From the NCBI GenBank assembly GCA_027490575.1, contig JAIXXV010000032.1, positions 13,211 to 77,210 on the forward strand: a stretch of 64,000 bases of DNA. The letters are read 5' to 3'. The stretch is from a bacterium. GTDB lineage: Bacteria; Patescibacteriota; Minisyncoccia; Phycocordibacterales; CAIZLB01. Made by a program: the position numbers and the translations under genes. Of this stretch, positions 57,500 through 64,000 are shown piece after piece. The number at the start of each line of letters is the position of its first letter. Position 1 is the first letter of the stretch. The notes beneath the pieces are model-generated. The model saw only the letters and a list, made by a program, of their open reading frames with translations. It ran no database searches and was not told where the DNA came from.

Positions 57500-57799
57500 T
57501 TAATCCTCCTTCTTTTTCCGAGCCTTCTTGTAAACTGCTTGTCCGAAAAGAAATGCTGATATCCATTTACCAAGACCTGAAACCTTTTGACCTTCCTCCT
57601 TTATACGCGTCCTGAGGTTTTCGATATCGTCTGCCACTTTTTCACTTTCTAACTCTATTCTTTTTACAATACGACTCATTGATCTGGCAACTTTAGCTAC
57701 GTAAAACAAGACTATTGCTAAAATAATAGCCATTACCACAAATCCAATCGATGCAATGAAGAAAAATATGTCTGCTTGTATAATATTTGATGTATTCAT
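57500..57799 (-). CDS. DUF948-like small membrane protein
   Basis: 99 aa; N-terminal TM then coiled coil, basic tail. Confidence 0.4.
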   Translation of the reverse strand: MNTSNIIQADIFFFIASIGFVVMAIILAIVLFYVAKVARSMSRIVKRIELESEKVADDIENLRTRIKEEGQKVSGLGKWISAFLFGQAVYKKARKKKED

Positions 57800-57841
57800 T
57801 TTATAATTTTAAATGATGTTTATAGATACTAACTATCTGTA

Positions 57842-58609
57842 CTATAGGTTGAATATACGTCTGAAAAAAGATCCTTTACTCTCCGGATGAGCGCCGTGTA
57901 AGTTGGGTTCTGGATGACCTTTTTTTGTTATCATAAGTACAAATAAAACCACCATAGCCAAGTAAAGCGCAAGTATCAATGGATCAGCTACCACAAAAGA
58001 TGTAGGTAAGAAAAATACTAGAAATAGCCAACTAAGATTGCCTGGTAGCTCAAGGTTGTGTAGCCTCCTAGTAATCATTGACATCATCATAAGCGTAACT
58101 GGCGCAAGTATAAATGGGATGGTTGTGATAAAGAGCCCTTCTTGGTCTGACTCAATAGCCGTAGTGATTGCTTCCCAAAGATTTGGAGAAAGTACAGATA
58201 TAGCAACAGCTCCTATGACGAGCGATAGATAGCCGACACTAAAGAAAAACAGAAAACCTAATATGAAGTCCTTTCTGCGAAGTCTACCGGCAAAAAGACC
58301 TTCGTGCTTTGCCACATGAGCGATTTTGCTCTTAGATACGCCTTCGATATGCCTAGTATCAACACGCCCTGATTCACTTGGTACACTGGATGCACTAGGT
58401 GTACCAGGCATACTTAGCGGTGGCAAGAAATCATTTTGAGCAACTAGGTCTTGATGGATATTTTTGTGCTGTCTCCTAACCTCATTGAATCCGTCCGTAA
58501 TATCTGCTTCTGAAAAACCAGCTCTTAGAAGCATCTGCTTTATATGCTCAGGAGATGTTGAATGCTCTAACTTTAGTCTTATAAAAGAAACTATTCCTTG
58601 TTCAGTCAT
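57842..58609 (-). CDS. DUF805-family membrane protein with an N-terminal soluble domain
   Basis: RRLHNLELPGNLSWLFLVFF...TM helices match the DUF805 (RRLHD.g.sgww) pattern. Confidence 0.5.
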   Translation of the reverse strand: MTEQGIVSFIRLKLEHSTSPEHIKQMLLRAGFSEADITDGFNEVRRQHKNIHQDLVAQNDFLPPLSMPGTPSASSVPSESGRVDTRHIEGVSKSKIAHVAKHEGLFAGRLRRKDFILGFLFFFSVGYLSLVIGAVAISVLSPNLWEAITTAIESDQEGLFITTIPFILAPVTLMMMSMITRRLHNLELPGNLSWLFLVFFLPTSFVVADPLILALYLAMVVLFVLMITKKGHPEPNLHGAHPESKGSFFRRIFNL

Positions 58610-58645
58610 GTAAAAATTATATCACAGAAAAATTATTCAACTACA

Positions 58646-59173
58646 CTAAACAATACTTAGGATGTGATTAAAGTGCTTTTCTGAAACTGGTTGTATGGAA
58701 AGTCTGCTACCTTTTTGACAAACAATCATATCTTTCAACACAGGATCCATTTTTAAATGTTTTAAACTTATCGGCTTGTTAAACTTTTTGACGAACTTAA
58801 AATCAACCAGTACCCAAATTGGCACAAAATTATTTCCATCTTTTTCTGCTTGCTTTTTAAGCTTAAGTGACCTGGGATCAAAGTGCTCATCTTTTGCATC
58901 AAGAGCACTTGGGTCACCGTACGGTGAAGATGCAACCTTTGCCAAGCCATATATACCGGTGGGGTTATCTATATATTTTGAGTTTGAATGATAAAACAAA
59001 GCCAAATCACCAATCTTCATGCTATCCCTCATAAAGTTTCTTGCTTGAAAATTTCTAACACCTGTCCACGGAGAAACACTTTCTCTTTTTAGGTCGTCTA
59101 TTGAAAAGCAATCTGCCTCTGACTTTATCAGCCAAAATGATTTTGCAGGGGTTTTACTCATCTTTTCTACCAT
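58646..59173 (-). CDS. EVE (PUA-like) domain protein
   Basis: FWLIKSEADCFSIDDL...WTGVRNFQARNFMRDSMKIGDLALFYHS matches the EVE domain. Confidence 0.7.
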   Translation of the reverse strand: MVEKMSKTPAKSFWLIKSEADCFSIDDLKRESVSPWTGVRNFQARNFMRDSMKIGDLALFYHSNSKYIDNPTGIYGLAKVASSPYGDPSALDAKDEHFDPRSLKLKKQAEKDGNNFVPIWVLVDFKFVKKFNKPISLKHLKMDPVLKDMIVCQKGSRLSIQPVSEKHFNHILSIV

Positions 59174-59188
59174 TCTTTATCGTCCTTA

Positions 59189-60058
59189 TTATTTAGTTAA
59201 TAGGGTAAATTCAGTAACTGAGATGTTTGATCCGCTTACCGCATAGCTTACCGCTGCATTATAAGTAGAACGTCCGTCCGTGTATGTAACCACAGCTCTG
59301 TTTGTACCATCGAATCTAATACTTGCTATTGTGAATGGAGAAGCAGATTTTACTGGAGACAAAGAATTAATGTTTTGCTTTATAAATGCATTAAACAACT
59401 CTCTTGCTGTAGGCGCTCTTGATGGTTGATTTGTAGTAGTGTCAACCGGTCTGTTCTGAATAGGATTAGCAGTTACAGCACTAGGGAAAGCTGATCTGTT
59501 ATTTTCATCAACAACAACTTCAGCTTCAGGTATAGTACTCATTGAATAAAAATAATATCCTACTCCAGCTAATGCAAGAATGACGAATATAGAAATAATA
59601 GTCCACCATACCTTGGCCATACTGTGAGGAGTGGTACTAACATGGGTATTAGTATGAGTAACTGGAGTGAATGCAGAAACTGAAGGCGTGGAATTTGAAA
59701 AAGTAGTACTTGTTACTGAAGGCTGTGGCTTGAGAGCCGAATAGCTAGATGCAGGTTTTGGTGAGTCTTGAACAGGTGTTTGAACTGGTGATTGAACAGA
59801 TGTAACTGGTATATGTTGAGGTGCAACACGAGAAGAAGATGTATTCATACCGATAAATGCAGGTGTTGTTTCTACAGTCGCTTTGTCATTGTGATCTGCC
59901 ACAGGCATAGCACCTGGTAAAACCACATCGCTCTTAGTAACTGGTTCGTGAGAAAACCCAGTAGATTGCCCTTGGTTCTGTATAGTATTAATTTGACCCA
60001 GACCAGTTGTATTACCAGCTAAATTTCCGTCTTGTTTAGGTATTAAATTATCATTCAT
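59189..60058 (-). CDS. hypothetical single-pass membrane protein, Ser/Thr/Pro/Val-rich
   Basis: 289-aa ORF; central TM helix WWTIISIFVILALAGVGYYF; low-complexity N-terminus. Confidence 0.4.
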   Translation of the reverse strand: MNDNLIPKQDGNLAGNTTGLGQINTIQNQGQSTGFSHEPVTKSDVVLPGAMPVADHNDKATVETTPAFIGMNTSSSRVAPQHIPVTSVQSPVQTPVQDSPKPASSYSALKPQPSVTSTTFSNSTPSVSAFTPVTHTNTHVSTTPHSMAKVWWTIISIFVILALAGVGYYFYSMSTIPEAEVVVDENNRSAFPSAVTANPIQNRPVDTTTNQPSRAPTARELFNAFIKQNINSLSPVKSASPFTIASIRFDGTNRAVVTYTDGRSTYNAAVSYAVSGSNISVTEFTLLTK

Positions 60059-60080
60059 GATACGACAATTGTAACATAAA

Positions 60081-60656
60081 CTATAATTTACGTATAACCG
60101 CTTTAACTACAGCAGCAATTTTGAGGTCATACTCAGGGTATATATTTTTAAATTTTTTATTTGCCGGTTCAAGGTATATCTGACCTTTTTTATCTCTCCT
60201 AAAATACTTCATCGTCCAACCTCCGTCGACTTCTGCGATTACAATATCTCCCACCTTTGCATTTTCAGTTCTCTCAACAAGAACAAGGTCACCTTCAGCT
60301 ATGTGAGCTTCTATCATTGATTCCCCTTTCACTTCGAGCATATACGTTGAGCCTTTTGTACCTTCCAAAAGGAGCTCGTCTATAGAAGTAGAATCAAGTA
60401 CATCTTCTTCTGCCACTGTTGGCATACCAGCTTCTACTAGTCCAAGTAAAGGAATCTCATTTGAAAGCTTTTGGGGTGTAAGCTTGCCCCTCGAGTCCTT
60501 GTTGAATACACCTTCCTCTACAAGTTTGTTAATGAGTTTATAGACAGCATTTTTGGACTTGAATCCAAGCATATCCATAATCTCATTATACCCAGGCACA
60601 CGCCTATTGGTCTTATAGAAATTAAGTATTTTTTGTTTGTAATCTTGGTAAGTCAT
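60081..60656 (-). CDS. lexA: LexA repressor
   Basis: N-terminal winged HTH; S24 peptidase domain with an Ala-Gly-like cleavage region (VEAGMPT), GESM catalytic Ser and a downstream Lys. Confidence 0.85.
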   Translation of the reverse strand: MTYQDYKQKILNFYKTNRRVPGYNEIMDMLGFKSKNAVYKLINKLVEEGVFNKDSRGKLTPQKLSNEIPLLGLVEAGMPTVAEEDVLDSTSIDELLLEGTKGSTYMLEVKGESMIEAHIAEGDLVLVERTENAKVGDIVIAEVDGGWTMKYFRRDKKGQIYLEPANKKFKNIYPEYDLKIAAVVKAVIRKL

Positions 60657-60662
60657 TTTTTG

Positions 60663-60755
60663 CAGTTATCAGGTGGTGGTTAGCAGATATCAGGTATCAG
60701 ATGACAGATATCAGGTATCAGGTATCAGGTATCAGATGACAGATATCAGGTATCC
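60663..60755 (+). repeat. 7-nt periodic CAGNNNN array (13 units) in the lexA leader
   Basis: CAGTTAT CAGGTGG TGGTTAG CAGATAT CAGGTAT CAGATGA CAGATAT CAGGTAT CAGGTAT CAGGTAT CAGATGA CAGATAT CAGGTAT, beginning 7 nt upstream of the lexA ATG. Confidence 0.7.
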
Positions 60756-61037
60756 ATTAAATGCTAATGCTTAGATGCTGGAGTCTATTAAAACATGAAT
60801 GAGGCGAGTGAGAATGTTCTAGCTAATGAAGCCTCACTTTCAAGTCTTCTCAATTGTAGCATGAGGTTCTTATGCTTTCGAGATTCCTTTTCATATGATT
60901 CTCCTTTTATGATTTTAAAATCTATTCTTTTGTTGATTGAGTTAAGCTCTCTTCTTATTGCAAACATAATTGTCATTTTTCTCATGGTATTTATTTTGTT
61001 ATTTTTTAATGTTCTTTGTCTTTCCTTGTATGTTTAT

Positions 61038-61066
61038 ATAATAGGTGAACTATAGTTCACTGTCAA
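61038..61066 (-). promoter_or_regulatory. consensus promoter TTGACA-17-TATTAT (minus strand) with a GAAC-N4-GTTC LexA/Cheo-type box in the spacer
   Basis: Minus strand TTTGACA-GTGAACTATAGTTCACC-TATTAT; the 16-bp perfect palindrome GTGAACTATAGTTCAC (61045-61060) fits the Gram-positive SOS box GAAC-N4-GTTC. Confidence 0.55.
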
Positions 61067-61100
61067 ACATTTAGTATAAAAATACTGTGGATAAGTCTTA

Positions 61101-61147
61101 AACAGATAACAGTTGGTAATTATCAGGTGACAGTTAGCAGTTAGGTG
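61101..61147 (+). repeat. 7-nt periodic CAGNNNN array
   Basis: CAGATAA CAGTTGG TAATTAT CAGGTGA CAGTTAG CAGTTAG overlapping the helicase stop codon region. Confidence 0.55.
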
Positions 61148-62610
61148 CTTATCAAAAAATCAACAACTCTCTGGTCTACTTGTATATCTCTTCTCGTTAT
61201 AGGTTTGGTGAGCTGAATCCCCTCGAGACTTCTAACGCGACTTAGCGCCACATAAGCTTGTCCATGTGCAAAAGTCCCCTTTCCAAAATCTATGATTGCA
61301 TTATCGAACGTTTTACCTTGACTCTTGTGTATAGTAACTGCCCAAGCAAGTTTTACCGGTATTTGTATGTACTTTCCAACAACCTCAGAAGAAACTCTGT
61401 TTTGCTTTGAGTCAAATTCATATCTAACTGATTCCCAACTTTCACTTTCAACTTCCTCGGTCTTGCCATTACGAAGTTGTACATTGATGGAAGTTGAGTT
61501 TAGCTTTTTTACAATACCAAGATCTCCATTGACCCATCTGCCCATAGGATCATTTCTAAGCATCATGACTTGTGCGCCAACTTTCAGCACCAGAGCTTCA
61601 GGCGCTGGTGTAGTTTTTCTATCAAAAGCTCCTTGTACATGACCTTTGTATGTTTTAGCGGCACCATATATTTCAGTTAGCTTTTTGTTATTGATTACCT
61701 CAGCTGATGCATTGGTAGAAACTAGATATATGGCATCACTTGGCATTTTTTTCTTTTTATTTAAACTGCTTTTGCCTGCATTTTTTGAATGAGCGCCAGA
61801 CTTAGTTTTTCCACCAATCCCCTCACTACTATCATTGTCCATATCAATCACTAGCTCATAATCACCTCCGAATTGATAGTCAGACTCTGATTGAAATCCA
61901 CCTGAATCTGACACGGAGTCTTGATTGAAATTTTGTGAAAAATCTAGACAGCACACTGAATTGATTTTATAAAGATCATTTTCATCCATACGACCTGTAC
62001 GAATCCTATCAAGGATAGAGACGAACTCAGTATCACTTTGTCTATAAACTTCTGTAAGCTCAGCTATCTGGAAATTGCCCTTGGGATATGACTTTGAATC
62101 AAAAAAGTATGGGCTCTGATAATGATCTATGAAGACGTACTGTTCATGTGGAGCAACTACCGGAGGCAACTGAAACATGTCTCCAATAGCCACCATTTGT
62201 ACACCACCAAAAAACTCACCAGGCTTTGGACCGTTGAGTCTAAGGAATCTCTCAACACAATCAAAAAGATCTGCACGGACCATAGATATTTCATCTATTA
62301 CAAGTGTGTCTAGCTTTTTGTAAAGCTTAGATAAGGTCTCATCTGAGATAATGCTTATATCTCTATCTATCACACCTATCTTAAACTTAAAGAAGCTGTG
62401 TATGGTCTGACCTTTGATATTTAGTGCTGCTATGCCTGTGGGTGCAACTACGGCTATGTTTTTCTTGGTGGTATCTCGAAAATGTTGCAGCAAAGTAGAT
62501 TTACCAGTACCAGCTCTACCAGTAATGAATATGTTTTGGCTAGAATTTTCAAGCAAATCTAATATATCTTTTGACTCGTCAGATAATTTCATATCTGAAT
62601 AATACTCCAA
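61141..62610 (-). CDS. PIF1/RecD-like superfamily 1 DNA helicase
   Basis: Walker A ITGRAGTGKSTLL, Walker B LVIDEISMV, C-terminal AVTIHKSQG...AYVALSRV (motifs V/VI of the Pif1/RecD/TraA clade); Asp/Ser-rich insertion. Confidence 0.8.
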   Translation of the reverse strand: MEYYSDMKLSDESKDILDLLENSSQNIFITGRAGTGKSTLLQHFRDTTKKNIAVVAPTGIAALNIKGQTIHSFFKFKIGVIDRDISIISDETLSKLYKKLDTLVIDEISMVRADLFDCVERFLRLNGPKPGEFFGGVQMVAIGDMFQLPPVVAPHEQYVFIDHYQSPYFFDSKSYPKGNFQIAELTEVYRQSDTEFVSILDRIRTGRMDENDLYKINSVCCLDFSQNFNQDSVSDSGGFQSESDYQFGGDYELVIDMDNDSSEGIGGKTKSGAHSKNAGKSSLNKKKKMPSDAIYLVSTNASAEVINNKKLTEIYGAAKTYKGHVQGAFDRKTTPAPEALVLKVGAQVMMLRNDPMGRWVNGDLGIVKKLNSTSINVQLRNGKTEEVESESWESVRYEFDSKQNRVSSEVVGKYIQIPVKLAWAVTIHKSQGKTFDNAIIDFGKGTFAHGQAYVALSRVRSLEGIQLTKPITRRDIQVDQRVVDFLIST

Positions 62611-62615
62611 TCAAT

Positions 62616-63764
62616 CTAACCCTGCATCTTCTTTTTTGTCTTTTGTTGTTGCATTAGTTTAAATGCAGTAGCTATGTCTGAAACAGAGGCTTGTGCATTG
62701 GCACTAGATGATACAGTTGACGCATCAGACGCATTTGAGAAAGACACGAGTCTCTGATTTCCAAATGAGTAATATTTATGGAATACAAGTGCACCCAGTA
62801 AACTACTTAGCATTAAGCCCGTAAGCAAGATTGCGCTTTTTACGCCAGGAGTTACTCCTGTTGCAGGAACTTGGTTTAGGAATACACCCGAGACCGGCTG
62901 TCCAGAAACACCAGAAGTGTACTGGTACGTAGGTTGAACATAAGTATAAGTAGTCGGTTGTGTATATACAGGTTGTGTATATGTTTGTTGGTAGTTGTAG
63001 TCGTAAGGATAATAGTATTGATTTGGATTTTGATATTGCCAATTCCAAGTTTGATTTTGCCAAGTATTGTTCCAACTACTATTATTCCAGCCATTATTCC
63101 ATGTATTGTTCCAATTATTATTCCAGTTGTTATTTGTTCCATAACCAACTTGTACAAATAAACTTGCACAAGAAGTATTATTAAATGATGAGCAAATTGT
63201 GTAAGACATTGTACCTAATTGATTACCTGTAACTGTTATCTGGCTACCACTTATATAAGCACTAGCAATACTTGAGTTATTGTTATTTGAAATAAAATAT
63301 CCTCCGCCAGTACCTGAGATATTTACAGATTGAGTTTGCCCCACATTCAGAGTAAGACTTGTCTGACTTAAGCTTATGGTTTGATTATTCCATGTTCCAC
63401 CTGTCACATTGACCTGAAGCGTTGCACAAGGAGCCATAGACGCTTGCGAACATATAGTTAGACTTGATGTTCCTTGAGATAGACCTTGAACTTGCACTAG
63501 TCCACTTGATGATCCTGCACTTACCACGGTACTGTTTGAGTTTGCTGATACGTAGTAGTTACCTGATCCACCTGACACATTTACAGTAACTGTTTGACCT
63601 GAGTTTATATTTATAAATGACTGACTAAGATATATTGGTCCGTAGTAAGGGGTTGACTGTGCACTAGCAAAACCACCTGGCACCAAAAAAGATAGTGCAG
63701 ATAGGCATACTGAAACTGCGAAAATGGTGCTTTTTATAGCTATTTTTTTAGATATATTTGTCAT
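62616..63764 (-). CDS. secreted surface protein with Ig-like repeats, an Asn/Trp-rich repeat region and a C-terminal VPATG-type signal
   Basis: Signal peptide; two homologous beta-rich modules; (WNN)n tract; C-terminal GVSGQPVSGVFLNQVPATG + TM helix + about 50-aa tail. Confidence 0.6.
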   Translation of the reverse strand: MTNISKKIAIKSTIFAVSVCLSALSFLVPGGFASAQSTPYYGPIYLSQSFININSGQTVTVNVSGGSGNYYVSANSNSTVVSAGSSSGLVQVQGLSQGTSSLTICSQASMAPCATLQVNVTGGTWNNQTISLSQTSLTLNVGQTQSVNISGTGGGYFISNNNNSSIASAYISGSQITVTGNQLGTMSYTICSSFNNTSCASLFVQVGYGTNNNWNNNWNNTWNNGWNNSSWNNTWQNQTWNWQYQNPNQYYYPYDYNYQQTYTQPVYTQPTTYTYVQPTYQYTSGVSGQPVSGVFLNQVPATGVTPGVKSAILLTGLMLSSLLGALVFHKYYSFGNQRLVSFSNASDASTVSSSANAQASVSDIATAFKLMQQQKTKKKMQG

Positions 63765-63891
63765 AATGAGCCTATAGTACGCTTATTATTTATAATTTCA
63801 AGTAAAAAACACCGTATTTAATCGGTGCTTTTTACTTAATTTAGACCCAATAAACCATTTACACGGAGATCTGTGGAGGAAATGATTGAGC

Positions 63892-64000
63892 TTATATCTC
63901 AAATACTACTTGCTCTTTTGGATATCTAACTTTTGCATACTTTGCTGATTCATCACTTTCGTCTCTATAACCTAAAGCAATAACTACTTTAGACTTTAGA
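63892..64000 (-). CDS. C-terminal fragment of a nitroreductase-like protein (runs off window)
   Basis: Minus-strand frame ends ...LGYRDESDESAKYAKVRYPKEQVVFEI*, resembling nitroreductase-family C-termini (LGYP.E...R...eevv); terminator-like hairpin at 63807-63835. Confidence 0.35.
   Translation of the reverse strand, partial: LKSKVVIALGYRDESDESAKYAKVRYPKEQVVFEI

Noticed and set aside
60795-61055. 86-aa very hydrophobic plus-strand ORF as an SOS-induced membrane toxin
   Set aside because: Speculative: it is antisense to the LexA-box promoter transcript and has no RBS; mentioned only as a possibility under the lexA-leader finding, not called as a feature
1-64000. Integrase, transposase, IS elements, rRNA or cas genes
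   Set aside because: None of the ORF translations show recombinase (R..H..R..Y), DDE transposase or Cas signatures and no rRNA-like conserved stretches were seen; mobility is inferred only from tRNA-end duplications and compositional shifts

Overview
The window reads as a gene-dense, low-GC (about 40%) segment of a small-genome bacterium using the standard genetic code. My best guess is a CPR/Patescibacteria-like organism with a Gram-positive-type envelope, judged from a sortase plus reduced-domain core proteins; this placement is inference only.

The backbone is housekeeping and is called with high confidence from conserved motifs: rpsA, pth, lepB, rpsU, ybeY, ftsA, ftsZ, trxB, msrA, msrB, tsaD, valS, an sHSP, rpsP, rnr, smc, rnc, rpmF, rnhB, dnaE, thrS, ung, gyrB and lexA. 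There are two tRNAs, Val-GAC and Glu-UUC.

Interspersed are several GC-richer (about 48-58%) or otherwise accessory-looking blocks:
- two membrane proteins at 10.1-12.3 kb;
- an accessory cluster next to the tRNAs carrying EEP nuclease, NUDIX, thermonuclease, DUF1653, HIT and MYG1 genes;
- a NUDIX plus CHC2 zinc-finger pair downstream of smc;
- a cell-envelope block at 44.8-51.1 kb (surface proteins, lipoproteins, L,D-transpeptidase, MGMT domain, sortase, CARDB protein);
- assorted hypothetical proteins.

The observations I rank highest, in order:
1. A dispersed family of intergenic arrays with strict 7-nt periodicity (consensus roughly CAG-D-T-R-K, degenerating to CAATTA/TAATTA units), at eight or more loci. 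Several sit directly against start codons where a Shine-Dalgarno would be expected.
2. A consensus TTGACA-17-TATTAT promoter about 390 bp upstream of lexA, with a GAAC-N4-GTTC SOS-box palindrome exactly in its spacer, plus a long leader containing a heptad array.
3. A histidyl-tRNA-synthetase homolog that keeps the anticodon-binding domain but appears to have lost the catalytic motif-2 arginines.
4. A NusB-NUDIX fusion protein.
5. Two unrelated surface proteins sharing an identical C-terminal PVSGVFLNQVPATG + transmembrane + basic tail signal, with a sortase nearby.
6. Both tRNA loci carry partial tRNA copies or flank duplications.
7. A solo MazF/PemK toxin with no antitoxin partner.
8. Two candidate orphan transcription units (1665-2040 and 36680-37114) that have strong promoter/terminator signals and atypical GC; they may be ncRNAs or small basic proteins.

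No CRISPR array, rRNA, integrase or transposase was recognised.
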